DNA of 64,000 nucleotides, taken from contig CAWJQI010000004.1 of the NCBI GenBank assembly GCA_963845085.1, positions 768,001 through 832,000 on the forward strand, read 5' to 3'. The position numbers were made by a program, and so were the translations under genes. Shown here in pieces: positions 26,158-35,467 of this stretch. Position 1 is the first letter of the stretch, and every line of letters begins with the position of its first letter. This DNA is from Candidatus Fermentibacterota bacterium (GTDB taxonomy: Bacteria > Fermentibacterota > Fermentibacteria > Fermentibacterales > JCC-6). The notes beneath the pieces were generated by a model. The model ran no database searches. It saw only the letters and a list, made by a program, of their open reading frames with translations, and was not told where the DNA came from.

Positions 26158-27947
26158 CAGACAACCCCCTCGAGATCCTTGCTCAGGGCGCCTACGGGGC
26201 AGACCTGAACGCACAGGTTGCAGTTGGGCCAGCAGTGCATCTCGCTTACCACCGGAACTTTTTCATCCGCATTCCAGCTTATGGCGGGACATCCCAGCCG
26301 GATGCACGCCCTGCAGTGCACGCACTTCGCGGGATCGTGGACAGCCACCGTCTTGCGCAGGGGTTTGTAGGCCATGATGCATGGCCGCCTGGTTATGATG
26401 ACGCTGAGTTCCTTCGCCGCCGTTTCCTCAACGAGGGCCTTCTTCATCTCTTTAAGGTCATGGGGGTCAACAACTCTCACCCTCCTGACCCCGCACGCCC
26501 TCACCATCTCCACAAGGTCCAGCGCGGGTGCAGGCTCACCCCGAAGGTTCCGGCCTGTAGCAGGGTTCTGCTGCCCGCCGGTCATTGCCGTGAGGCTGTT
26601 GTCCATGATCATCACGGTGCCGGTGTTGCCGTTGTACACCATGTCGATGAGACCAGTGATACCGGAATGGATGAAGGTGGACTCACCGATCGCGGCGACA
26701 AGCCTGGGCATGCCTCCCTCGTCGAGCACTTTCTCGATCCCGGCCAGCACTCCGATGGCCGCGCCCATGCAGACAGTAGTCTCAAGGGCATTGTAGGGAG
26801 GCATGAGACCGAGTGTGTAACAACCAATGTCACCCGTTGAGCTGAATTTCATGCCGGCAAGGGTGTGGAAGGCGCCCCTGTGCGGACAGCCGGGGCAGAG
26901 CGACGGGGGTCTGCCCGGAAGCTCCTCGGGCTTGAAGGGAGGCTTTACGCTGCTTTCGGGCTTCAAAGCCTGCCTGACTATCTCCGGGCTGAACTCGCCC
27001 TCGATTGGCACGAGGTCCTTTCCCCGGGCGTCGACAAGGAATCGGCTTCGTATGCTTTCCTCGAGGAAGGGCTCACCCTCCTCGATCACGATCACACGTG
27101 AAACGGTCTTTATGAACCGGTCTATCAGTTTCCAGGGCAGCGGGTTCGTCATCCCGATCTTCAGAACGCTGGCCTCGGGAAAAACCTCGCGAACGTACTG
27201 GTACGAGATCCCGCTCGTGATGATGCCGACGGAGGGATCACCCGGCTCGATCCGGTTCAGGCTGCTTTCGGCCCCCCACTCCGAGAGTTTTGCAAGCCTT
27301 GCCTCGACCCGGCTGTGCATCTTCTTCGCATGGGCCGGTATGGGCACGCGCTTGGCAATGTCCTTGACATAGCCTTTGACGGGAACCTCCTGCCGACCGG
27401 AAATGCGCACCATGCTTTTCGAATGGCACACCCTCGTTGTCACACGAAGGAGGACCGGAGTGTCGAACTCCTCGCTGATGCGAAAGGCCTCGCGGGTGAA
27501 GTCAAGAGCCTCCTGGCTGTCGGAGGGTTCCAGGATGACGATCTTTGCCGCCCTGCCGATAAGCCTGTTGTCCTGCTCGTTCTGAGAGGAATGCATGCCG
27601 GGGTCGTCGGCGCTGACCACCACGATCCCGCCCGTGGCGCCGATGTAGCTGAGGGTGAAGAGAGGATCGGCGGCAACGTTAAGCCCGACATGCTTCATTG
27701 CGGAAAGCACCCTTGCGCCGGCGAAGCTCGCCCCGGCGACCACCTCGAGCGAAACCTTCTCGTTTGGCGCCCACTGCGCCCTTATTTCCGGGTAATGCTC
27801 GGCGATGGTCTCAAGTATCTCTGTGGACGGAGTTCCGGGGTATGCCGCAGCGAAGTGCACCCCGCATTCCCAGGCGCCCCTCGCGATCGCCTCGTTTCCG
27901 GAGAGGAAAAGGGTTCCCGATCCCTCCTGGTTCAGTTTCTTCCCCAT
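26157..27947 (-). CDS. iorA: Indolepyruvate ferredoxin oxidoreductase alpha subunit
   Basis: GNEAIARG, YPGTPSTEI, MKHVGLNVAAD, SSQNEQD, CPGCPHR, GDIGCY, DN..TAMTG.Q, C-terminal ferredoxin. Confidence 0.95.
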   Translation of the reverse strand: MGKKLNQEGSGTLFLSGNEAIARGAWECGVHFAAAYPGTPSTEILETIAEHYPEIRAQWAPNEKVSLEVVAGASFAGARVLSAMKHVGLNVAADPLFTLSYIGATGGIVVVSADDPGMHSSQNEQDNRLIGRAAKIVILEPSDSQEALDFTREAFRISEEFDTPVLLRVTTRVCHSKSMVRISGRQEVPVKGYVKDIAKRVPIPAHAKKMHSRVEARLAKLSEWGAESSLNRIEPGDPSVGIITSGISYQYVREVFPEASVLKIGMTNPLPWKLIDRFIKTVSRVIVIEEGEPFLEESIRSRFLVDARGKDLVPIEGEFSPEIVRQALKPESSVKPPFKPEELPGRPPSLCPGCPHRGAFHTLAGMKFSSTGDIGCYTLGLMPPYNALETTVCMGAAIGVLAGIEKVLDEGGMPRLVAAIGESTFIHSGITGLIDMVYNGNTGTVMIMDNSLTAMTGGQQNPATGRNLRGEPAPALDLVEMVRACGVRRVRVVDPHDLKEMKKALVEETAAKELSVIITRRPCIMAYKPLRKTVAVHDPAKCVHCRACIRLGCPAISWNADEKVPVVSEMHCWPNCNLCVQVCPVGALSKDLEGVV

Positions 27948-27962
27948 TGTCTGCCCTTCCAG

Positions 27963-29039
27963 TCAGAGGTATTCCCTTTCGCTCTCCACGCCGTCAAGCA
28001 CACGGAGAACGCCGCGCACAAGGGCTTCAAGTTCCGCCTCCCCGGGAAAGACCATCACCGGGGCGATGAAGGAAAGGTAGCCCTTGAGCGTTCCGCAAAG
28101 CCACTCGTTGTTGGCCATGCCGCCCGTGACAACCACTGCATCGACCTGACCAGACAGGGCGGCGGCCATCGAGCCGGCCTCCTTCGCCATCTGGTACGCC
28201 ATGGCCTTCAGGGTGGAGTCGGCCGCTTCATCGCCGGCAAGAACCCTTTCCCTGATGTTGGGAAGATGCTCCTCACCGAGGTAGGCGTACAGCCCTCCCT
28301 GCTTGAGGAACATGGTCTTCAGCTCCGATGCAGTGTATTTGCCGCTGTAGCAAAGCTTCAGGAGCCCGGTAAGGGGAAGGCCCCCTGTCCGGGTGCTGCT
28401 GAAGGGTCCGCCGTCGTTTGCGTTGTTCGTGTCGATCATGCGCCCCTTTTTCAAAGCGTTGACGCTCACGCCGCTTCCCAGGTGCATGACAACGAGGTTC
28501 AGTTCGGCAAGCGGCCTTTTCATCGCCTCGGCGGCCTTGTAGGCGACCATGCGGATGTTGAGGGCATGGCTGAGGCTTGCCCTTGGAAGCAGGGGATGCC
28601 CGCTTGGCCTTGCCTCGTCGATCATCTCGTCCACGCACACGGGGTCAACAAAGTAGGCGGGAATCCCGGCGGGATGGGCAAGCGCCCATGCTATCGGGGC
28701 GCCGAGGTTGGAGGGGTGGTCGGCCTGGAGGGTGGCTCCGTCACGGATGTCGGATAGAAGCTTGTCGGTGACGCGGTAGGTACCGCTGGAGAGCGGTTTG
28801 AACGCTCCGCCCCGACCGACGACAGCTGTCAGCCCTGAGACGGTGTATCCCTTGTTCTCCAGGGCGATCCTGACAAGTCCCTGTCTGTGTTCAAGTTGCC
28901 CGAAGGTCGACCCCATTGAGGAAAGCTCTTCCGGGTCGTGGTGGATGTTCTCCTCGAAGACGGGATCAGCCTCGCGGAACAGCCCCATTTTCGTTGAGGT
29001 CCCGCCGGGATTCACCGCAAGGATCAGCCTCTCACCCAC
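27963..29039 (-). CDS. buk: Butyrate kinase
   Basis: NPGGTSTK, GRGG, HPSNLGA, VDPVCVDE, HALN, HLGSGVS, TGGMA, PGEAE; GTG at 29039 with GGAGG. Confidence 0.95.
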   Translation of the reverse strand: MGERLILAVNPGGTSTKMGLFREADPVFEENIHHDPEELSSMGSTFGQLEHRQGLVRIALENKGYTVSGLTAVVGRGGAFKPLSSGTYRVTDKLLSDIRDGATLQADHPSNLGAPIAWALAHPAGIPAYFVDPVCVDEMIDEARPSGHPLLPRASLSHALNIRMVAYKAAEAMKRPLAELNLVVMHLGSGVSVNALKKGRMIDTNNANDGGPFSSTRTGGLPLTGLLKLCYSGKYTASELKTMFLKQGGLYAYLGEEHLPNIRERVLAGDEAADSTLKAMAYQMAKEAGSMAAALSGQVDAVVVTGGMANNEWLCGTLKGYLSFIAPVMVFPGEAELEALVRGVLRVLDGVESEREYL

Positions 29040-29934
29040 GATTTCCTCCCGAAACAACCACGCCGAGTGCAAGCGAGTTGAGTTTGGTCGAAGCTGAATC
29101 GGAACGGCTCAGCATGACAACCGGAGCGGCGGCCCCTGCGATCAGCCCGCCGACCTGTGCGTCAGTCATGTACATGAAGGCCTTCGCGAAAATGTTGCCG
29201 CTGGCGATGTCAGGCGTGACGAGGACGTTTGCCCTTCCCGCCACCTCGCCCTTCATCCCCTTTATGGCGGCCGCCTCCGGGTCCATCGCGCCGTCGACTG
29301 CCATGGGGCCGTCGACGAAAATTCCCGGAATGCCCTTCTCCGATATCTCCTTCCAAAGAATGGTCTCAGGCATCTTGTCGTTGGGGGCCTCGATTGCAGC
29401 CAGCAGGGCCGCCCTGGTCACGCCTGCCCCCAGCCTTCCCATGACGAATGCGGCGTTGCGGATTATCTCAACGGTCTGCCCGGCATCGGGACGGATGTTC
29501 ATCCCGCCGTCCGTGATCGCGACAAGCCTGTCCTGCCTTGGAACATGCACAACGGCAATATGGCTGAGGATGCCTCCGGTTCGCAGGCCGACACTGTCAT
29601 CCAGAACCGCCTTCAGAAAAAGGGACGTTTTCAGCATGCCCTTCATCAGAATGGTCGCGCTGCCTTCACTCACGAGCTGAACGGCCCTGAGTGCCGCAGC
29701 CCCTTCGTCCGCCTGGTCTTCCACCACGATACCGGGAGGAAGCGTCTGTCCTAGTTCCGCAAGGGTTCTGTCGACCTCCCTGGCGGGGGCAATGACTACC
29801 GCTTCGGCAAGACCCTCCTGTGCGGCTGTGATAAGCGCCTCCAGGGATGCCTGGTCGTATCCCATCGGCACCGCGACCCTTGCGCCGCTTTTTTCTCTGG
29901 CGGCCCTGCGGATTTCCTCAAAACTCCTGAACAA
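29032..29934 (-). CDS. ptb: Phosphate butyryltransferase (phosphate acyltransferase)
   Basis: MKGML.T, LSH, TDGGMNI.P, DGPMAVD, PDI.SGN, SRSDS; TTG at 29934 with GGAGG; overlaps buk. Confidence 0.92.
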   Translation of the reverse strand: MFRSFEEIRRAAREKSGARVAVPMGYDQASLEALITAAQEGLAEAVVIAPAREVDRTLAELGQTLPPGIVVEDQADEGAAALRAVQLVSEGSATILMKGMLKTSLFLKAVLDDSVGLRTGGILSHIAVVHVPRQDRLVAITDGGMNIRPDAGQTVEIIRNAAFVMGRLGAGVTRAALLAAIEAPNDKMPETILWKEISEKGIPGIFVDGPMAVDGAMDPEAAAIKGMKGEVAGRANVLVTPDIASGNIFAKAFMYMTDAQVGGLIAGAAAPVVMLSRSDSASTKLNSLALGVVVSGGNRG

Positions 29935-30030
29935 GAAACACCTCCCGGCGATGAAGTTCACAGGGACAACGGATGTGGAAAGCTATTATGATTCCCGTCT
30001 TCAGTTTGTGCAAAGCCGAAGGGGGTTGTT

Positions 30031-30690
30031 TTGTCGCTTCTCCGCCTGTGGGAGGATTCGGACGCCGTGCTGTTTGACTTCGACGGCGTGCTGGCCGACA
30101 GTGAGCCTTTCTACAGGATGACATGGAACAGTGCGATCTTCCCGGCCGGACCCATTTCGGAACGGGAATACTTTTTTCGCTGGTCGTTCATGGGAGAAGG
30201 AGATGAACACCTTGCCGAGATGGGATTCGACCCCGGCGCCCGGCAGGTTTTACGGGAGCGCCAGAGGGGGCTTTACTCCGCGCTGTGCCACAGCGGCGCC
30301 ATACCCCTTTGTCAGGATGCACCGGCACTTCTGGAATGGGTCTCGGTCAGAAAGCCCTGCATCATAGCATCGAACACCGACTCGGACCTTGTATCGACGG
30401 TGCTGCGAACGGGAGGCAGCCTGGTGCCGAAGGTGGTGGGAGGCGAGGGGCTGAAACACAAGCCGCATCCCGATATATTCCAGAGGGCTGCCTCTGTTCT
30501 CGGTTTCAAACCCGAGCGGTGCCTCGTGGTCGAGGATGCATGGAAAGGGATCGAGGCTGCCCGGCGGGGCGGGTTCCCCGCAGTGCTGATCAGAACGCCC
30601 CGCAATATGGGTTTCCCGTCAGGCCCGGTTCCCGAATCGCAGGGCCTTGAGCATCTTTTCAAGAGCTGGAGGGGGGAGGAGGAGAGTTGA
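30031..30690 (+). CDS. HAD-superfamily phosphatase (beta-phosphoglucomutase-like)
   Basis: FDFDGVLADSE, ASN, KPHPDIF, VVEDA..GIEAA. Confidence 0.9.
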   Translation: MSLLRLWEDSDAVLFDFDGVLADSEPFYRMTWNSAIFPAGPISEREYFFRWSFMGEGDEHLAEMGFDPGARQVLRERQRGLYSALCHSGAIPLCQDAPALLEWVSVRKPCIIASNTDSDLVSTVLRTGGSLVPKVVGGEGLKHKPHPDIFQRAASVLGFKPERCLVVEDAWKGIEAARRGGFPAVLIRTPRNMGFPSGPVPESQGLEHLFKSWRGEEES

Positions 30691-31262
30691 CCGGAGAACT
30701 TGTGATGATCGACCCCTTCTGGGTTCCGCTTGCAATGCTCCTGCTCGGTCTCGCGGCGGCTTTCTTCGGGCGCAGGCTCATCGGTCCGGTCCTGTCCATC
30801 GCAGGCCTCGCACTCGGCCTTCTCTACGGCGCCGGGATAGCAGGTGCCATTTCGGACAATCCGGGTTTCATCCGGCTGGGTCCCTGGCTCTTCGGCGTGC
30901 TGTTCGCAGTGCTGTCCGGGCTTTTTCTTCGACTCGCGGTCTTTCTGGCGGGAGCCCTTCTTGCCCTTTCAGCCGCATTCTGTTTCATCTCGCCACCCTC
31001 GCTCACTATCGCTCTTGTGGCAATGGTGCTGGGCGGTGGTCTTGCCTGTGCGTACAGGACCTTTGTGTTTGCTCTCTTCACCGCCGCCTTCGGTGCTCTC
31101 TGCGCTTCCGCCGGAGCGGTGAACCTCGCTGCCAACTTCTCCATCCCCATTGGCATAGCCGGCTACTACCTGATCCTCGCCGTTGTGTTCGCAGCAGGGC
31201 TTCTTGTCCAGTTGAGAACTGGCCGACGGGACAAGGCCGGGCCGAAACGTAAACGGAGGTAG
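30687..31262 (+). CDS. DUF4203-like membrane protein
   Basis: About 7 short Gly-rich TM segments; G....FFG.RL, TA..GA, GLLVQ pattern. Confidence 0.6.
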   Translation: MTGELVMIDPFWVPLAMLLLGLAAAFFGRRLIGPVLSIAGLALGLLYGAGIAGAISDNPGFIRLGPWLFGVLFAVLSGLFLRLAVFLAGALLALSAAFCFISPPSLTIALVAMVLGGGLACAYRTFVFALFTAAFGALCASAGAVNLAANFSIPIGIAGYYLILAVVFAAGLLVQLRTGRRDKAGPKRKRR

Positions 31263-31268
31263 CCTTAA

Positions 31269-31772
31269 ATGAATCAGCGGCTTCAGGATGCCCTGCTTGT
31301 GGCCTTGGTGCTTGTAGTTCTGAAAGGACTGTTCGAATTCACCCGTTTTCTCATGAAGCGCTTCACAGCGATGCTCGCTGCCAGGGGACACCCGCTGAAC
31401 CGTGATTCCGCCATACAGTGGGGGATCGGTGCACTTCTCTCGGGCCTCCTTCTGCTGCCCTTTTTCACTTCGATCCTGACCCTTTTCAACAACAGAATAC
31501 TCGTTGGCGGCATCGTCCTTCATCTGGTGCTCGTGGCCTTCTCCATCATTCTTTTCAGCTTTGCCGAAGACCTCATACGCCTTTACAATTCCTTCCCGCC
31601 CGGCGCATCGGGTCTGCAGAGCGTAGGAAGCCACATCAAACGAATGCTGCCCTTGATTGCAGCTTTCTGGGCTGTGGGATTCATCTGCCTGAGCCCCATT
31701 TTCTACACGGCGCTGACAGTGCTGATCTGCATCTTCTACATGGCGGTTCTGCACGGTCGCCAAAAGCCCTGA
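31269..31772 (+). CDS. Hypothetical membrane protein
   Basis: GGAGG RBS, 4-5 hydrophobic segments, tight operon spacing. Confidence 0.65.
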   Translation: MNQRLQDALLVALVLVVLKGLFEFTRFLMKRFTAMLAARGHPLNRDSAIQWGIGALLSGLLLLPFFTSILTLFNNRILVGGIVLHLVLVAFSIILFSFAEDLIRLYNSFPPGASGLQSVGSHIKRMLPLIAAFWAVGFICLSPIFYTALTVLICIFYMAVLHGRQKP

Positions 31773-31776
31773 CAAC

Positions 31777-32946
31777 ATGAGTGACTGCGTATCCATACTT
31801 CATGTGATAACCAAGCTTGCCGTCGGCGGCGCCGGAATGAACACGCTCATCAGCAGCCGCGACATCAATGGGGATGGGTTCCTTTCAGAGATCGCCACAG
31901 GCCCTGAAAAGGCAAGGGAGGGCGATTACTTCGACCTCGCCGCGCGGTCTGGCATAAGGGTGACAATCGTCCCCCATCTTGTGAGACGGATCTCTCCCGT
32001 CCACGATCTTCTTGCGACGATCGAACTGGCATCCATCATAAAAAAGGGCCGCTACACCATTGTTCACACCCACGGCTCAAAGGCCAGGCTTCTGGGCAGG
32101 CTCTCCGCAAAGCTGTCCGGCAGCCGCGCGCTGGTGGTCCAGACCTTTCACGGCTGGCCGTTTGATTCCACGATGAGCCTGGCGGCGCAGGCGGGCTGCG
32201 CCTTCATGGAGAGGCTCTTCTTCCGTCTTGCGGCGCAATCGGTCACGGTAACCCCTGAAGACATTTTCAAGGGCGTTGTCTGGGGCATCGGCAGACCGGA
32301 TGACTACACGGTCATTCGAAGCGGTGTGGAGTTCTCACGGTTTCGCTCCTGCCGCGGGAAAAAGGCCGAGGCAAGGGCGGAGCTCGGTCTGCCGCAGGAT
32401 TGCCCAGTGGTGGGAACCGTCGCACGCCTTGCTACCGTCAAGGATCCGCTTGCCTTCCTTTCGGTTGCAAAGCGCGTTGTCGAACGGCTTCCTGAGTGCC
32501 GGTTCGTGCTGGTCGGCGACGGCCCGCTGAGAACCGAGGTCGAGCGCGGCATAATGGAGGCGGGTCTGTCCAGTTCAGTGCTCCTCGCTGGAAACAGGGA
32601 GGATGTGGAAAACCTTCTTCCGGCGCTCGACGTTTTCCTTCTGACATCAAGAAGCGAAGGGCTGCCGAGGGTAATGCTGGAAGCTCTTGCTGCAGGGGTT
32701 CCCGTGGTCTCGACCGATGTGGGTGGGGTGTGCGAACTCCTCACCGGCGACCGGAACGGTGTGATCTGCCCCGTGGGAAACACCGAATGTCTCTCAAATG
32801 CCGTGGTCGGCATCCTGACGACCCCGGGGAAGACTGAGCGGCTTCTCTCCGGAGTTGATGACAGCCTCGAGCCTTTCTCGGCGGAAAAGATGGTATCCGA
32901 CCTCAGGGACCTCTACGTCTGGCTGGCAAAAAAAGCGGGCCGGTAG
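31777..32946 (+). CDS. Glycosyltransferase family 4
   Basis: HVIT.L..GGA, VHTH.SKA, VARL...K, VGDGPLR, SRSEGLP.V.LEA.AAG.PVV.TDVGG. Confidence 0.93.
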   Translation: MSDCVSILHVITKLAVGGAGMNTLISSRDINGDGFLSEIATGPEKAREGDYFDLAARSGIRVTIVPHLVRRISPVHDLLATIELASIIKKGRYTIVHTHGSKARLLGRLSAKLSGSRALVVQTFHGWPFDSTMSLAAQAGCAFMERLFFRLAAQSVTVTPEDIFKGVVWGIGRPDDYTVIRSGVEFSRFRSCRGKKAEARAELGLPQDCPVVGTVARLATVKDPLAFLSVAKRVVERLPECRFVLVGDGPLRTEVERGIMEAGLSSSVLLAGNREDVENLLPALDVFLLTSRSEGLPRVMLEALAAGVPVVSTDVGGVCELLTGDRNGVICPVGNTECLSNAVVGILTTPGKTERLLSGVDDSLEPFSAEKMVSDLRDLYVWLAKKAGR

Positions 32947-32980
32947 GCCGGCCCGCACAAAACACTCCTGCAAAAGCCTG

Positions 32981-33148
32981 TCAGGGCGCTTCGATGGCCT
33001 CAACCGGACAGACAGCTGCACAGGCTCCGCAATCGATGCAGGTAGCTGGGTCAATGGAGTATTTGTTGCCCTCGCTGATCGCGTCGACAGGGCATTCGTT
33101 CATGCATGCCCCGCAGGCGATGCAAGCATCGGTGATCTTGTATGCCAC
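32981..33148 (-). CDS. Clostridial-type 2x[4Fe-4S] ferredoxin, 55 aa (not in the ORF track)
   Basis: Hand translation from GTG 33148: MAYKITDACIACGACMNECPVDAISEGNKYSIDPATCIDCGACAAVCPVEAIEAP; AGGAGG RBS at 33155-33160. Confidence 0.96.
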   Translation of the reverse strand: MAYKITDACIACGACMNECPVDAISEGNKYSIDPATCIDCGACAAVCPVEAIEAP

Positions 33149-33200
33149 TTGAAACCTCCTGGTTGGAACACCCGATACGATAAGATAACCTTGGAATCCG

Positions 33201-34070
33201 TCAACGGGAAGCTTTTCTCAGGATGGAGAGCAGCCTGTCCAGATCGTCCAGGGACGAGTATTCGATCTCGATGCTGCCCTTTCCGCCGGTATCCCTGACC
33301 CTCACCCTCGTTCCGAGGATCCGTTGAAGGCCCTCCTCCAGCCTTGCAGTCTCAGGCGAGGTCTCGGGAAGCCTTTTCTTTCGGGGCGTCACCTTCGGGC
33401 TCCTGTTGTTCCTGACGAACTCCTCAAGGGCCCGAACGCTCATTCCCCGGTGCACGGCCAGACCGGCGGCACGAAGGATGCGGCCTTCATCGGAAAGGCC
33501 GAGGAGCGCCCTTCCATGCCCCATGGACAGCACCCCGGACCTCAGCATCGTTCTCACCTTTTCGGGCAGCTCGAGAAGCCTCTGAAAGTTGGCGACAGCC
33601 GATCTGCTGAGACCGACCTGGTGGCCAAGGTCTTCCTGGGTCAGGTCGAACTCGCGGCAGAACCTGCTGAACGCCTCGGCCTTCTCCATCGGGTTGAGGT
33701 CGGCTCTCTGAATGTTTTCTACAAGGGCCAGGGCAAGCATCTGGCGGTCGTCGGCCTCCCTCAGAACGGCCGGAACTTCCTGAAGCCCCGCCATTATCGC
33801 CGCGCGAAGCCTTCTCTCACCCGCGATCAGCTGATACCTCTGCCCCGATCTGCGAAGCACGAGGGGCTGAAGTATCCCCTGGGCGCGAATGGAATCACTG
33901 AGTGACTGCAGGTCTTCGGTGCTCCAGTCCACCCTGGGCTGGAACGGGTTGGTATCGATGAGCGTTACGGATATGGTTGCCGGCGTTCCCGCCCCGGCTC
34001 CCCCTTCGGCCATCTCCGGAAGGAGGGCTTCAAGCCCTCTCCCCAATACCTTTCGGCCCTTGTCTTTCAC
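33201..34070 (-). CDS. parB: Chromosome partitioning protein ParB/Spo0J
   Basis: LGRGLEALL, NPFQPR, GILQP, IAGERRLRAA, ENIQRADLNP.E, HTH. Confidence 0.96.
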   Translation of the reverse strand: MKDKGRKVLGRGLEALLPEMAEGGAGAGTPATISVTLIDTNPFQPRVDWSTEDLQSLSDSIRAQGILQPLVLRRSGQRYQLIAGERRLRAAIMAGLQEVPAVLREADDRQMLALALVENIQRADLNPMEKAEAFSRFCREFDLTQEDLGHQVGLSRSAVANFQRLLELPEKVRTMLRSGVLSMGHGRALLGLSDEGRILRAAGLAVHRGMSVRALEEFVRNNRSPKVTPRKKRLPETSPETARLEEGLQRILGTRVRVRDTGGKGSIEIEYSSLDDLDRLLSILRKASR

Positions 34071-34822
34071 CTTTCCATCACCTCCCTGGCAAGGCTGAGA
34101 TAGCTGCCGGCTCCCTTTGAAAACGGGTCGTAAAGTATCGCCGGCTTGCCGAAGCTGGGGGCTTCGCTCAGCTTGACATTACGTGGTATTGTAGTGTGGA
34201 ACAATGCCTTACCAAGATGAGACCGGGCTTCCTCAAACACTTCCCTGCTCAGCTTGAGCCTCGAGTCGTACATCGTGATCACCACGCCGAAGAGGAGCAG
34301 CTTTCGGTTCCAGGCTGCGCGGACCCGGGAGATGGTCTGCAGCAGGTGCGACAATCCCTCGAGTGCGTAATACTCACTCTGCACGGTAAGCAGTACGCTG
34401 TCGGCCGCGACCAGCGCGTTTACCGTGAGAAGCCCGAGGGAGGGGGGGCAGTCAATGAGAACGTACGAGTATTTCTCGACCTTCCCTGTGAGGGCCCTGT
34501 CAAGAAAGTACTCACGTTTTTCCTGTGTGGCGAGTTCCGTTTCAAGGCCGGCCATGTCGGTTGAGCCGGGAATGATGTAAAGTCCCTCAACCTCTGTCCT
34601 TGCAACAAGCTCCGAAAGCGGCTTTTTCCCCGCGATAAGGGCAAGCATCCCGTCCAGTCCGCCCTGTGGCAGTCCCAGCCCGCTCGTGGCATTCGCCTGC
34701 GGGTCGAGGTCCACGATGAGAACATCCTTGTTGTTCACAGCAAGGCTTGCGCCGAGGTTGATCACTGTCGTGGTCTTCCCCACGCCGCCCTTCTGGTTCG
34801 CAACGGCAATGATTCGGGTCAT
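34067..34822 (-). CDS. parA: Chromosome partitioning ATPase ParA/Soj
   Basis: NQKGGVGKTTT, DLDPQANAT, IDCPPSLG, EYYALEG, IPRNVKLSEAPSFG. Confidence 0.96.
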   Translation of the reverse strand: MTRIIAVANQKGGVGKTTTVINLGASLAVNNKDVLIVDLDPQANATSGLGLPQGGLDGMLALIAGKKPLSELVARTEVEGLYIIPGSTDMAGLETELATQEKREYFLDRALTGKVEKYSYVLIDCPPSLGLLTVNALVAADSVLLTVQSEYYALEGLSHLLQTISRVRAAWNRKLLLFGVVITMYDSRLKLSREVFEEARSHLGKALFHTTIPRNVKLSEAPSFGKPAILYDPFSKGAGSYLSLAREVMER

Positions 34823-34846
34823 TTCCCCCTGTTTCTTTCGAGCGGG

Positions 34847-35467
34847 TTACGGTCCGGGATGGCGAAACTGCACCATGAATCCGGGACGGTCAAGAGGCGG
34901 AGACGGCAGCACCGTGATAACTTTCTCGCCGGGAGCGGAATAGGGGTCCTGTGAACGGACCGTCAAAGTGAAACCGCCCGGAACGGCCGCCCTGATCCTC
35001 TCAAGCAGCTGCAGAGGCTTCTCCACAGCTCTGGCGGTGAAAGCCGCCCCGCTCGGAAATGGGCCGCAGTTCTCCACCCGACCCTGTACGACCCTGGCGT
35101 TGGAGAGACCCATTTCATCCCTGGCCCAGAGCAGGAACAGGTATCTCTTCCTTCTGCTTTCCACCATGGTGACCGGCAGCCCGAACAGGGCAAGCACCAT
35201 CCCCGGGAATCCCCCTCCTGTGCCGACATCCACCACCGACGGAGAATCCTTTACAAATGGGAGATACGCTGCCGATTCGAGGAAGTGCCTGCTCCAGAGC
35301 CGTCCTGTCTCGGAGGGTCCCATGAGGTTCCCGAACCTTCCACCGGGCGCACCCTCGAGAAGTGATGCAAATGCCTGAAGACGTTCCAGCACCCCTTCCG
35401 TCGGGGTGACACCTACTTCGGCGAGATCGGAAATAGCTTCCGCAGATGAAAGTTTCACGTGGAACAC
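34847..35467 (-). CDS. rsmG: 16S rRNA m7G527 methyltransferase RsmG (GidB)
   Basis: NL, RHFLES, DVGTGGGFPG, ES..KR..FL, TARA; located between mnmG and parA. Confidence 0.88.
   Translation of the reverse strand: MFHVKLSSAEAISDLAEVGVTPTEGVLERLQAFASLLEGAPGGRFGNLMGPSETGRLWSRHFLESAAYLPFVKDSPSVVDVGTGGGFPGMVLALFGLPVTMVESRRKRYLFLLWARDEMGLSNARVVQGRVENCGPFPSGAAFTARAVEKPLQLLERIRAAVPGGFTLTVRSQDPYSAPGEKVITVLPSPPLDRPGFMVQFRHPGP
35451..35466. promoter_or_regulatory. parS centromere-like site
   Basis: AGTTTCACGTGGAACA vs the consensus TGTTNCACGTGAAACA; lies in the mnmG/rsmG overlap, ~0.6 kb from parA. Confidence 0.85.

Noticed and set aside
27090..27105. Third parS site in iorA (GATCACACGTGAAACG)
   Set aside because: Only the core and right half match; the left arm is mostly mismatched.
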